Assembly (NCBI RefSeq): GCF_011745625.1
Contig: NW_027191456.1
Span: forward strand, 682,001 to 746,000
Length of the DNA stretch: 64,000 nucleotides
Source of the DNA: Cladosporium halotolerans
Lineage: Eukaryota
Reading direction: 5' to 3'
Positions 33,911 through 44,724 of the stretch are shown one piece after another (position 1 is the stretch's first letter; each line of letters opens with the position of its first letter). A model generated the notes under the pieces. The model made no database searches, was not told the origin of the DNA, and saw nothing but the letters and a program-made list of their open reading frames with translations. The translations under genes and the position numbers were made by a program.

Positions 33911-35287
33911 CTAGCCAGTCTTGGAGTTAGAATCACTCACGTAATCGTTGCCAACCATGATCTTGCCCGGAGTCGGCTCACAGAAAGTGGCCTTAGCCAT
34001 GGTGTTCTTGAGCAGCGGAACTACGCTCTCGTCGACAGCCTTTGCCTTCTCCAAGCTGCTCAGGTTCTGGCTGCCCCAGACAGTCGTGGTCATCGTGCAG
34101 ACCGCGTACAGGTTGAGGAAGCCGTGAAGATAAGCGAAAAGGATAGCGGCAGGCAGGTAGATGATGTCCTGCGGGTATCTCAGGAAATGAGGGATCAGCT
34201 TGACGATCTTGGTGAAGAGAAGCCAAGTGCCGAACGCCACCAGTGACCAGTAGCGTGTAGCAGAAGAGCATCCCTGAAGAGAAGCGTAGAGGAGGCCACC
34301 TAAGCAGCCATCCACAAACAGAGCTGGAGTCTGGAACTGACCAAGATAGATGACATAGGTTCCCCAGGCGAACTTGATAGAGCGCCAATAAGTTGCGTTG
34401 GTCATGACGGTGAAGTTGCCACGCCAGTGGGCGCGAGCCCATCGAAGACATTGGTGCAAGAATGCAGGGCCCTCTTCCAAGCTGGTTTCAAGTACCGTGG
34501 ACCTTTGCAGGGCAATCTCCCAGCCGGAAGAGTAAAGGAATCTTGTCAAAAACTTGTCATCGTCGGTATTAAGCGGACGGCCGAGCCAAGTGTCGTGAAT
34601 GAAGTTGCGATAGAACTTCTCGCACTTGAGAATGCTTGTGCGGTAAGCCGCGGAGCGCCCAGACAGAGTGGATATCGAGCCATCGACAGCGTTGGTTGTG
34701 ATGTTGTTGAAGACACGACGCTCGAGGTAGCTGACGCCGAGGAAGTGCCAGATGCCAGGAGACTTCGAACGACGGACCCTCTGACGAGTTCCACCAGCGC
34801 CCACCTTGGGATTTTCGAAGATAGCTAAGAGCTGGGTCAGATAGCCCTCCGGCCAGAAGACATCGTCGTCGGCGAATACAACAATCTCAGTACTCACCTG
34901 CTTCAGAGCCTTGATCATCTGGGTACGCTTGTTGAGCTTCTCGACTCCAAGGACCTGAACGTTCTTATAAGAGTTGAGGCCGACCAGTTCCCGAACCAGG
35001 GGAACGTTGTTATTAGCCGTTACAATGAGGATCGCTTTTGGTGAGCAAGCATTGATGCACTTTAGGCAGTGCACAAGCTCATCCGGGGTCTTGAAGGTGG
35101 TGGGAACGACGACCGTGACGTCCTGAGAGCCAAACTTCGGAGCCTTAGCGACAGGGTATGCCTTGTAGGTGAGATTGGCCCAGATTCCAACTAGAAGACG
35201 AGTGTAGCGAATGACAAAAGCAAAGATGGTGGCCATAGCAAGGAGCATGCTCACCAGCTGCCTGAAGTCGTGATTGGGACCCCCCAT
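33911..35287 (-). CDS. Glycosyltransferase family 2, processive polysaccharide synthase (Cps1/hyaluronan-synthase-like)
   Basis: FADDD, SGRSAAYR, TDDDKFLTR and QCLRW (D,D,D,QxxRW) motifs plus N- and C-terminal TM segments. Confidence 0.88.
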   Translation of the reverse strand: MGGPNHDFRQLVSMLLAMATIFAFVIRYTRLLVGIWANLTYKAYPVAKAPKFGSQDVTVVVPTTFKTPDELVHCLKCINACSPKAILIVTANNNVPLVRELVGLNSYKNVQVLGVEKLNKRTQMIKALKQVSTEIVVFADDDVFWPEGYLTQLLAIFENPKVGAGGTRQRVRRSKSPGIWHFLGVSYLERRVFNNITTNAVDGSISTLSGRSAAYRTSILKCEKFYRNFIHDTWLGRPLNTDDDKFLTRFLYSSGWEIALQRSTVLETSLEEGPAFLHQCLRWARAHWRGNFTVMTNATYWRSIKFAWGTYVIYLGQFQTPALFVDGCLGGLLYASLQGCSSATRYWSLVAFGTWLLFTKIVKLIPHFLRYPQDIIYLPAAILFAYLHGFLNLYAVCTMTTTVWGSQNLSSLEKAKAVDESVVPLLKNTMAKATFCEPTPGKIMVGNDYVSDSNSKTG

Positions 35288-35880
35288 CTGGACGGTTTTT
35301 TCTTGAGGTCTTGTATGCTTTTTCGAAGAAGTTGTTGATTCTTTTGAGTTGATTCTTCGACTGCTTCGAAAGCTTGGTGGTTTGTATCCGGACAGACTGC
35401 AGCAGAATGGTGCTCTAAATAGTCACGTCGAGCGCTCGACAGTGTTGTGACAACCAGAGCTCAAAGAGCGTCACAGAGCCATTCATGATGCATAGAGTTG
35501 GTGGATAACTGACGAGAATCTCCATTGGTGTTGTGTGTAAGGCCATTGGTGGTTGAGAACGTGCTCAAAGAAATCCTGGCCAACAAAGCACGGATGTTTG
35601 AGTCGTGAAAGGAGGAAGGAGCGATACACAAGTCAGCATTCACCCGCTTTGTTCTCCGCAGAAACAATTCTTTTCACACACATACTGGATTGGTGAGTGA
35701 CTGCAAAATGAATTGGTGGAGAAGCAGAACACCAAGACAAGGGGGACGCGAAAAGGGATGTCTGTCGACCACCTTTCAATCTTTGATCCAAGGCCCTTAC
35801 CAGAACATCCGACCAGAGGTTTCTCCATTATACTTTCTCAACAAAAGAATCTCACACCGAAGCAGCAATACATTGCAACG

Positions 35881-36093
35881 ATGTGCCAACACCAGATCGT
35901 CATTGGAGCATGTGGTCACACTCTCTACACCTTCATCGAGCGGCATTGCACCCAGCGCCACTCCGCAACCTCATCTACTAGCAGGATGTTCCCAGGAATC
36001 CACCTAAACACTACGCATGTGGTAGGCTCTCACCACTATTGCGCGAGGTGCGGCCCTCGCCCAACGATAGATAAACTACGACTCCGCCGTTGA
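35881..36093 (+). CDS. Small hypothetical Cys-containing protein, 70 aa
   Basis: MC-x8-CGH...C...CxxC pattern seen in small fungal proteins; ACG-ATG context. Confidence 0.45.
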   Translation: MCQHQIVIGACGHTLYTFIERHCTQRHSATSSTSRMFPGIHLNTTHVVGSHHYCARCGPRPTIDKLRLRR

Positions 36094-37453
36094 GAGGCCA
36101 TTCCATAAGGATACGAGGAGAGGTGAAAGATCGAACGGCTTCATTGAGAGTGAAATTGTTCAGATGGGAGCACTACACTTGTTAGATGAAGGTTGATTGG
36201 ATGGACTCAGACAGTCAGAGATTGCCTGGTAATTGAGATTTCGGGATTATGATGACGGACGGCTGTGAGAAACCGAGAACTGTGTCACCTGAAGCGCAAG
36301 CTGCGAATATCCTTCATCCGGACGAGCAGCAGTTAGAGAATCGAAGTAGGAAAACGTTATCGACCAAGCCAGGAAACCTAATCCTCCTTGCTCATATGAA
36401 GTGCTCGCACAAGCCACGTTGGGTGCCCATGCGAACTCACAACTCAAGCGTGATCGATGTCTTACAAGTCTCAACACCAGAGCTTGTCGTGGCTTCTCGA
36501 GAAGTATCTGACAATATCCAAACGGGTGGAGATTGTGTCCAGGTGACACATGTCGTCGAAGTACAGCATTGATTGGACATGCCGAGCGCTCTTTGAGTTC
36601 CGCGAAAGGTTGCTTGGTTCGATGGAGATGCATGGAATGCATGTTGGTCAGACTGCTTTGAGCCTCCCAAACCTGCATTCGACTATTTCTGGCCTAGTAT
36701 GCAAAGCGGATGAGACTCCAGTCGTCAGTCGCAATCATCTTGCTTACGGCTGTGTCACCTTTGGGCCGGACGGCAATACCGTTACATCAGCATTTCACCT
36801 CGCCGCCGCTATAGTATGTCGAATGGCAGTCAGCGGCTCGATGGCAACTAAAGTTTACCCGGAGAAATGCTCATCCGCGTAACGATTGCAATACACAGGG
36901 TCAGCGTGCTGTGATTGCATTCCCATGCGCGCCGCCTTTGCACTCTCCAGTGTCGGCCAGCCGATGCTACGTGCTACAGCGACGCTGAGGGGAGGTGAGA
37001 TGCACCTTACTGTGGCGTCTTGAATGTGCTACCCCTATCGTTCGATCAGGCCATGACCGCAGCTATCGTGCGGTTTTTAATGTAAACATTTTCTGTGGTG
37101 CATACATGCTAGGTCCTGGCAGGATCGCTTTCCACTAGTTGGTCCGGTCTTGAGAACGGCCACCAACGTCTTTTCATGATGACCGCATCCGCAGACTTTG
37201 ATGCCGCGTGCAGAGCAGCTACAAGATTGACTAGTGGCGCAATCGTTACCTTGCATGATAGTGCAAGTGAGCGGTCAGGAACAGGCCAGCTGAATGCACG
37301 CTTCAGCCACCTTGTAACACCCCATCAGTCGAGCTCGTATCCTGCAACAGGTTGTGTGACATTGACAGAATATAAGTTGAACGACCAACGAAGCGATCAA
37401 CTCTGATCATCGGTCGGAACTAAAGGCAAAAACACGTCTCGTAACGATTCAAG

Positions 37454-38323
37454 ATGCTCGAATCGGTTGTCATCATCTTCGCCAGTTTGGCACTTGCGTT
37501 GGCCGGTCCAACTATCACGTACGCGCCTTCGTCCTCCACGCCTTGCACCTCGACCTGCTCTTCCACGCTCTGTGCCGATCATATCAACTCATGTGGCCAG
37601 ACCTACGGCGGCTGCTATCTCGCCTGTAGCGGTTACACAACACCGTCTTTCGCTGACCCAGGCTGCCCACCAACAACGAAACCAGTCCCGCCGACTACCA
37701 CACCAAGTCTACCAGTCGACCCAGTGACTCCATCGACCAGCTGCACAAAGACAACCACGACCACACCAGATACGCCGGTCGATCCAGTCACTCCCTCGAC
37801 CAGCTGCACCAAGACAACCAACACACCAGATACTCCAGTAGATCCAGTCACTCCGCCAGCCAGTTGCGCAACGACAATCACCCAGACGTTCTGTCTTCCC
37901 CCACTTCCTTACACGACCGACAATCAGACACAGTGCCCAGTGACCGTGACCCCAAGCTCTTGCTCAACAGCGGATCCTACGGACCCGCCTCCTCCATCAT
38001 CAATCACCACCGGAACTTCCACCAGTTCGTGCACCATTACTCTGTGCGTCGACAATGTCAACTCCTGCGGCCAGACTTACGGCGGCTGCTTCCCAGCGTG
38101 CCCTGGCCTACCGACACCCACTTTCACCGACCCGGGTTGCCCAACGACGTCTTGCACTTCGAGTATTACGTCTTCAAACAACCCCTGCGAGTTCGTATGC
38201 TTGGACTACTTCGACCAGTGCGGTAATACGTATGGGCCGGGTTGCTGGACGTCGTGCCCCGGTTCGACCACGCCAACCTATACCACTCCTTACTGCTCGG
38301 TCAGTGCTACCGCCACCGCTTAA
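37454..38323 (+). CDS. Secreted Cys-rich, Thr/Pro-rich repeat protein
   Basis: Signal peptide; three C-x-D-x4-CG-x-TYG-(P)-GC-x3-C modules; three PVDPVTP-S-C tandem repeats; TATA-like TATAAG at ~37371. Confidence 0.85.
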   Translation: MLESVVIIFASLALALAGPTITYAPSSSTPCTSTCSSTLCADHINSCGQTYGGCYLACSGYTTPSFADPGCPPTTKPVPPTTTPSLPVDPVTPSTSCTKTTTTTPDTPVDPVTPSTSCTKTTNTPDTPVDPVTPPASCATTITQTFCLPPLPYTTDNQTQCPVTVTPSSCSTADPTDPPPPSSITTGTSTSSCTITLCVDNVNSCGQTYGGCFPACPGLPTPTFTDPGCPTTSCTSSITSSNNPCEFVCLDYFDQCGNTYGPGCWTSCPGSTTPTYTTPYCSVSATATA

Positions 38324-38707
38324 TCGTGTCGGTTTGCCAAGGTGTGTCAGGAGTTCCGGACAGGGGACGTCAGTAGCAGTTAGAATTATATCCAATTACA
38401 TGGTGCCTTTCCTCCACCTCATCTTACATGTGTTTTGCTATTGTACAAGTCTGCTGAACCCGATGCTTCTTTGTCCCATAGACAGCAGTGCGCTGACGAT
38501 ATCGGCGGACTTCCTGGTGGCAACGGCGTGGCGATGGTGTGAAGTACCCGCGGTGATGTGACTTTCCAGCGTGGTACTTCGCAAGAGCTGCAGTGTGCGG
38601 TCCCTTTCGCGACTCCTCCAAAACCGAGCCAGGCTCTTTCTATCCATCCATGGGTATCTTCCGTCCCTCACGGTCTTTCTCCAGTGCGACACTTCCTAAC
38701 CTTCCCC

Positions 38708-39134
38708 TTAGAACTGCGCATCCTTGATCTCCTTGAAACTCTTCACGCTGCCCTGCATCTTCTTCGCCGTCATGTTGTCTCCCCGCTCAGTGTGCTCGTG
38801 GATGTTCAGCTTGTAGTGCTCGCCGTCGCCCTGGTGCTGGCCTTGCACGACGTTCTCTCGCAGGATCTTGGTGACGGACTGGACGTGCTTGATGGCATCG
38901 TCTTGCTCCTTGGTTCCGGGCTCTACATTTCGCGATGCCTCGTAGGACTCGCGTGCGAATGATCGGGATGCTGCTAAAGTGCCAACGTCGCCTGTCGTTG
39001 CGTGGTCAGCAATGGTCTTTCATGTGAACAGCGGCGTTGGATGTACCCTTGAAGGCGATGAAGGTCGCGCGGAGGAGCTGCCGATATGTCGCGCGCACCG
39101 CGGTCTTATCCAGTACTGCAAACGTGGAGGCCAT
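38708..39134 (-). CDS. MZM1: Mitochondrial LYR protein Mzm1/LYRM7 (Rieske Fe-S chaperone), 123 aa; exons 39134-39047, 38991-38708
   Basis: Absent from the ORF track; TYRQLLRATFIAFKG|D and ILRENVVQG...YKLNIHEHTERGDN; intron GTACAT..GCTGAC..CAG. Confidence 0.9.
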
Positions 39135-39347
39135 GTTGAGCGCAATAAATCAACAGTGTGTTCATATGATCTATGCCACCGTCGAAGTTCCATAGTTCTA
39201 CTGTACCGGCCTGGCCCTGCAGGAAATAAGGTTTAGCTTACCCTTTTTAGCGCAAGCGCGGCGAGCCGCCCGCCAGAAAAAGATGGCGAGCGAAGCCTTA
39301 AGCCTCACTCGCCCTACTTCTCCTTCACTGCATCCATACAAATCACA

Positions 39348-40682
39348 ATGGCTCCCATTCAGCTCTCCGCGACCCTCCCGTCGCTTCCCAGCGACTGGAC
39401 CGCCGAGAAGGACTTCAAGTCCGTCTCTGGCCTCTCCGCCGCCTCTCCCCGTGCCATCGAGCCCGTTGGCCCTCACTTCCTCGCCCACGCCCGCAGAAAG
39501 AGGCACCAGCGCACCTTCAGTGAGGACGAGCGCATCCAGGCCGCCAACACCGCCAAGAAGACCGAGAACGAGGACGAGGGCGAGATCAGCGAGGATGAGG
39601 ACCCCATGATGCTCCAGCGCGAGGCCAAGGACTGGAAGAGCCAGGACCACTACGCCATCCTCGGCCTGAGCCGCTACAGATGGCGCGCGACCGAGGACCA
39701 GATCAAGAAGGCGCACAGGAAAAAGGTCCTCCGCCACCACCCCGACAAGCGCGCCGCCAGCGGCCAGAGCGAGAACGACAACTTCTTCAAGTGCATCCAG
39801 CGTGCCACCGACATCCTCCAGGACCCCGTCAAGCGCAGGCAGTACGACAGTGTGGACGAGGCCGCCGAGGTCGACCCGCCCAGCAAGAAGGACGTCCAGA
39901 AGAAGGCTGGCAACTTCTACAAGCTCTGGGCTCCCGTCTTCGAGGCCGAGGGCCGCTTCTCCAAGCAGCAGCCTGTGCCGCAGCTCGGTAACGCCGACAG
40001 CACGAAGCAGGAGGTCGAGACTTTCTACAACTTCTGGTACTCCATGGACTCGTGGAGGTCGTTCGAGTACCTCGACGAGGACGTGCCCGACGACGGCGAG
40101 AGCCGTGACCAGAAGAGACACACTGAGCGCAAGAACAACAACAACCGCAAGAAGCGCAAGGCCGAGGACAACCAGCGTCTGCGCCAGCTGATCGACGAGT
40201 GCCTGGCCCTTGACGAGCGCCCGAAGAAGTTCAGACAGGAGGGTAACAAGGAAAAGAACAAGAAGAAGCTGGAGAAGGAGGCCGCCGAGAAGGCCGCCAA
40301 GGAGGAGGCCGCGAAGAAGAAGGCCGACGCTGAGGCTGCTGCCAAGGAGAAGGAGGCTGCCGACAAGGCCGCCCGCGAGGAGGGCAAGAAGGCCAAGGAG
40401 GCCGCGAAGAACGCTGCGAAGAAGAACAAGCGTACCATCCGCGGTGCCGTCAAGGACGCCAACTACTTCGTCGACGGCGAGGCCCCCGCCTCCCAGATCG
40501 ACGGTGCCCTCAACGACGTCGACTCCCTCATCCTCAAGCTCGAGGTCGAGGAAATCGCCACTCTCGCCTCTGCCGTCAACGGCAAGGACAAGACGACCAT
40601 CAAGCAGGTCTTCCAGGACGAGAGGAAGAGGCTCGTTGACGCTGGCAAGGCCAGTGACAACGACCTCAAGACTCTTGCTTAG
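39348..40682 (+). CDS. ZUO1: Zuotin, ribosome-associated J-protein
   Basis: EPVGPHFLAHARR, J-domain HPDK, FYNFWY..DSWRSFEYLDED, charged RAC head. Confidence 0.96.
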   Translation: MAPIQLSATLPSLPSDWTAEKDFKSVSGLSAASPRAIEPVGPHFLAHARRKRHQRTFSEDERIQAANTAKKTENEDEGEISEDEDPMMLQREAKDWKSQDHYAILGLSRYRWRATEDQIKKAHRKKVLRHHPDKRAASGQSENDNFFKCIQRATDILQDPVKRRQYDSVDEAAEVDPPSKKDVQKKAGNFYKLWAPVFEAEGRFSKQQPVPQLGNADSTKQEVETFYNFWYSMDSWRSFEYLDEDVPDDGESRDQKRHTERKNNNNRKKRKAEDNQRLRQLIDECLALDERPKKFRQEGNKEKNKKKLEKEAAEKAAKEEAAKKKADAEAAAKEKEAADKAAREEGKKAKEAAKNAAKKNKRTIRGAVKDANYFVDGEAPASQIDGALNDVDSLILKLEVEEIATLASAVNGKDKTTIKQVFQDERKRLVDAGKASDNDLKTLA

Positions 40683-41194
40683 ATTAATGACGTTGGTGGA
40701 ATTTGCATTTCATAGCCAGCGAGTTAGTCTGATTTTGTAGGGATAGATGGTAGAGCAGTCTTTAGCGTGCTGCATATGATCAAAAGTCTTTATGTTGAAA
40801 TATACCTGCGTTTCCATTCGGCGAATGCTCTCGCGAAGAACCGGATGCCCAGACCCATGAGCCTTCCCCACCTCCACTTGGCCTACGCTGCTAGGCACAT
40901 GCGCATTGACCTTTGCGGTCGAAGGTCTCGTCACCTCTTGACGTGCGCATAAGAGCCGCACACGCCGCAATTGCCGTACTCTAGAACACTCACCGCCGAA
41001 TTATCTGCTCTTCCATAGTGCTAACTTCTCTGTGAGCTCGACTGTGCAGCGGGGTGTAGCGACGAACTTCCCAACCACACCTCCAAGCGCGGGGCGCAGC
41101 CTTGCTGTAACCGACAAGCAGGCGACATCCCAGTTCCAGACAACTCGACTGCCCGCGAGCCACAGTGCCGCACTGCGCACACACAACCACAACG

Positions 41195-42802
41195 ATGACC
41201 TCGTCACCCTCACCCTTCAGCACGCCGCTCGCAGGCTCAGCCGCCAACTCCCCGCGCTCCAACGCAACCACCCTCGCCGACCGCACCGTCCCCGCCTTCG
41301 CCCTCGACAACGACAACAACAGCACCGCCAGCAGCCACAACCACCACAGGCACAGCTTCATCCCAGCATGGCGACGGCCCACACTCCACAACACCGGCGG
41401 CGATGACGCCGGCCGCCGGCCCAGCGTGCAATTCGTGCCCAGCTCCTCGAAAGACAAACTCGGCAGCTCGCGCTCCAGCTCCGCGCGCCCAGCAGCGACA
41501 GGCAAAGCCGGCTCGATCACCGGCAGCAGCGCAAGACGCCTCAGCTCCCCTCCTCCGCCCGCGCAGTTCCGGCCCAGCGTCAGCTTCGACACCTTCAAGA
41601 ACAAGGAGGCCAGCGAGTTCAGCCTCACGCTCGGCCGCAAGCACCGCGACTACGAGTACACGAAGCGCAGCCGGACCTTCCTCGTCGGCACGGACGCGAA
41701 CGAATACTCGGACACGGCGCTGGAGTGGCTCGTGGACGAGCTGGTCGACGACGGCGACGAGATCGTGTGCCTGCGCGTGGTCGAGAAGGACAGCCGCGAG
41801 GCGGTGCGGTGGAGCGGCGGGCTGGGCGAGCGCGGCTACCGGCGCGAGGCGGAGAAGTTCATGGAGGCGATCGAGCGCAAGAACACCGAGGACCGCGCCA
41901 TCAGCCTCGTGCTCGAGTTCGCCATCGGCAAGGTGCAGGAGGCCTTCCAGAAGATGATCAAGCTCTACGAGCCGGCCATGCTGATCGTCGGCACGAAAGG
42001 CCGCAGCCTGACGGGCTACCAGGGCCTGCTGAGCTCCGGCAGCGTCAGCAAGTACTGCCTGCAGTACTCGCCGGTGCCCGTCATCGTGGTGCGCCCGAGC
42101 AGCAAGCGCGAGAGCAAGAAGCGCAAGCGCCTGCAGGACCCCTCGCGCCGCAGCTACAGGGACATCCTCGACAAGTCGGAGGACGCGCCGCGTGGTCGTG
42201 GAGGGCATCTGCTCGACGAGCGTAACCGTATGAGCATCATGGGCAGCGACCTGGGCGTGCTCGGCAAGCTGCAGGGCGACGACGACCCGGACGCGGAAGC
42301 GAGGCGGGTGGCAGAGGCGATCGGGTACCGCGGGCACCGGGGTAGCGGAGGCAGCGCGAGCGCGCAGGGGAGCAATCTGAGCCGGGTGGCGTCCGCTGCC
42401 TCAGGGCCCTCGGACGCAAGCGCGGACAGCGAGGACGACGACATGACGCTGACAGAGGAGCGGGTCCTCAAGTCGCCGCAGCTGCAGGGGCTGGACTCGC
42501 CGTACGTGTCGGATGAGGAGGACGAGGACGACGATTTCGGCCGCCACCCGGAGAACCTGCGGCCGGAAGACGAGGCGGCGATGCTGGCGTACGAGCGGGC
42601 GCAGAAGGTCGTCGAAGAGGAGCAGGAAGAGGAAGAGGCGCGGGCGAGGCGTGAGGAGGAGAGGAAGCGTCGGGCCCCAAGCGGTGTCAAGCGCGCCGGC
42701 CGTAGTACGAGCCGGGGACGTGGCGCTGACGATGATGATGAGGGGGCCGGTGCGAATGTGCTTGGGCTGCTTGCGCAGCTTGATAGGGGGATTGTTAAGT
42801 GA
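41195..42802 (+). CDS. Universal stress protein (Usp) domain protein
   Basis: RTFLVGTDANEYS..ALEWL, LIVGTKGRS..GSVSKYCLQYSPVPVIVVRP. Confidence 0.87.
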   Translation: MTSSPSPFSTPLAGSAANSPRSNATTLADRTVPAFALDNDNNSTASSHNHHRHSFIPAWRRPTLHNTGGDDAGRRPSVQFVPSSSKDKLGSSRSSSARPAATGKAGSITGSSARRLSSPPPPAQFRPSVSFDTFKNKEASEFSLTLGRKHRDYEYTKRSRTFLVGTDANEYSDTALEWLVDELVDDGDEIVCLRVVEKDSREAVRWSGGLGERGYRREAEKFMEAIERKNTEDRAISLVLEFAIGKVQEAFQKMIKLYEPAMLIVGTKGRSLTGYQGLLSSGSVSKYCLQYSPVPVIVVRPSSKRESKKRKRLQDPSRRSYRDILDKSEDAPRGRGGHLLDERNRMSIMGSDLGVLGKLQGDDDPDAEARRVAEAIGYRGHRGSGGSASAQGSNLSRVASAASGPSDASADSEDDDMTLTEERVLKSPQLQGLDSPYVSDEEDEDDDFGRHPENLRPEDEAAMLAYERAQKVVEEEQEEEEARARREEERKRRAPSGVKRAGRSTSRGRGADDDDEGAGANVLGLLAQLDRGIVK

Positions 42803-43086
42803 TGAAGGTTGAGGGAGGTCGTGGCCTGGAGGATTGAGAGGCGTTTCGGCCAGCAGGGGGTTGGTCATCGCCTTCTTCAGGTACACTCTAGAGTGCCATA
42901 AACAAGTCATGATCTTGCAAAAACGGATTCTACAACCTCGTCTGAGAAAATATGCATTACTTGTACCATCTAGTATCGTGACATGGTCATTAAAAAGGAG
43001 TCTAATTCCCAACCCTAGAGGGAACCCAAAACAACGCCTAAGCACAGAAAAAAAAAAGGCCCAAACACCCAAAGCAAAACACCCTC

Positions 43087-44724
43087 TCAACTCCTTTTCC
43101 CCATCTCCACCCCCTCCAAATCATCCCACTCCTCATCATCACTCCCCACCTTTCTTCCAATCAACACTCCCGTCGCCGTCAAGCCGACCGCGACCAAAAA
43201 CCAGCTCTCAAACCACCCCTCGACAAACCTCGCCTCCAGCGGCGCCCCCAGCGCCTCCGAAATCACACCCCCGACTTCGGCCGGCAAATTGCTCCTCAGC
43301 AGCAGCGCCGAGCTCACCACATAAGTCCCCGCGACCTGCGAGATGACGAGCGGCAGCGACGTCTGCGCGTGCTGCAGCAGGGCGGGCGCGAAGCGCGCGA
43401 ACAGCCGGAAGGTCTGCAGGACGGCGTTGAAAGAAGCCAGCAGCATGATGCCCGAGAGCAGGAAGGAGATCTGCCGCGACCAGGCGGCGCGGTCGAGGTT
43501 GCTGTCCCAGTGGGTCGTGAGGAGAGCGAGGACGTTGTTGATCGGGTCGGAGGTGGCGAAGGTTGTTGACGGCTGCCACCAGCGGCGGAGGGTCGAGAGG
43601 GAGGTGGCGCAGATGCGGTAGGCGCAGTAGAGGGCGAAGACGGTGTTGGTGAGGGAGAGGAGGCGGCCGGATTTCGTGCGGGAGCGCTGCTGTTCGGCGT
43701 GGCGGGTGCGCATGGTGGAGAGGGTGGCGGAGAGGGTGTAGCGCATTGTTTCGAGGCCGGAGATTTCCATTTGGAGTGCGCGCTGTTCTTGCGCTTCGGA
43801 GCTGCCGCGGAAATTGCCCATGACCCGGCTCATGAAGCCGGAGTCTTGCTGTGATGGTGCGGTTTCTGCCATTCTGCGCTGCAGCGCTCGTAGACGGCTC
43901 TGCTTCACGCTGAGCATCTCTTCCGTGGCTGTCAATCCAGCCTCTTTGCGCGCGATGTCAGTCTCCTTGACAGGACGGTGCCGCACGCCAAAAGTCTGCC
44001 AAAGCGACGACACAGCCGCGAATCCCGCGAGCGAAGCCATGAGCGAAATGCCAATAATCCCAATGCGCTCCAAGCACGCTTCGGTAAACGCATGATCCGC
44101 ATCTGTATGCCCTCCAGACTCGACACTATGCAGCGACGTCTGCGGAATATACCAAAAGACTCCGAGCCAGGCGCAGAAGAGCGCGGCCTCAAGCGCAAAC
44201 CGCGCCAGCGGGCCCGCACCCCTCTTCGTCGAGACCCCATCGGCCGACGACGAGCCCAGCACGGTCTTCGCGAGCCCGTGCAGCTCCAGCGCTGGCGTCA
44301 CGACGATGTTTGAGATCAGCAGCGAGCCCAGTGTGACTTTCAGCGCCAGCGCGCGCGCCGCGGGATGCACGATATCCGAGATCTCGCACAGCAGCAGCTC
44401 GACGAGCACGGCGGACAGGCCCATGCTGGCGGAGAAGACGAGCGCGGCGAGCTTCTGCGAGCGGCTGCCTTGCGGCCAGGGCCCGGGTTTCCGTCCAGGG
44501 ACATCTTTGTTGTGGTGTGGTAGAGAGTCCTTTGCCGATCGGTGGGGCGCTTGGTCGCCGCTCAGCAGCGGGAAGAGGCGGTGCCAGGCGAGCAGCGAGG
44601 CGACGAGCCAGGTTATGATGAAGGGGAGCGAGGAGAGGAGGAGTGTCCCAGGCGGGGCGGCATCGAGGCGGCGGGCGAGGTAGGCGGGCTTGCAAGCGTC
44701 GCAATCATCATCGGTCGGGTACAT
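43087..44724 (-). CDS. GPR89/GTG-family Golgi pH regulator (ABA-GPCR-like) membrane protein
   Basis: ELLLCEI, RIGIIGISLMASLAGFAAVS, DPI, SRQISFLLSG, YVVSSALLLRSNLP, multiple TM segments. Confidence 0.88.
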   Translation of the reverse strand: MYPTDDDCDACKPAYLARRLDAAPPGTLLLSSLPFIITWLVASLLAWHRLFPLLSGDQAPHRSAKDSLPHHNKDVPGRKPGPWPQGSRSQKLAALVFSASMGLSAVLVELLLCEISDIVHPAARALALKVTLGSLLISNIVVTPALELHGLAKTVLGSSSADGVSTKRGAGPLARFALEAALFCAWLGVFWYIPQTSLHSVESGGHTDADHAFTEACLERIGIIGISLMASLAGFAAVSSLWQTFGVRHRPVKETDIARKEAGLTATEEMLSVKQSRLRALQRRMAETAPSQQDSGFMSRVMGNFRGSSEAQEQRALQMEISGLETMRYTLSATLSTMRTRHAEQQRSRTKSGRLLSLTNTVFALYCAYRICATSLSTLRRWWQPSTTFATSDPINNVLALLTTHWDSNLDRAAWSRQISFLLSGIMLLASFNAVLQTFRLFARFAPALLQHAQTSLPLVISQVAGTYVVSSALLLRSNLPAEVGGVISEALGAPLEARFVEGWFESWFLVAVGLTATGVLIGRKVGSDDEEWDDLEGVEMGKRS

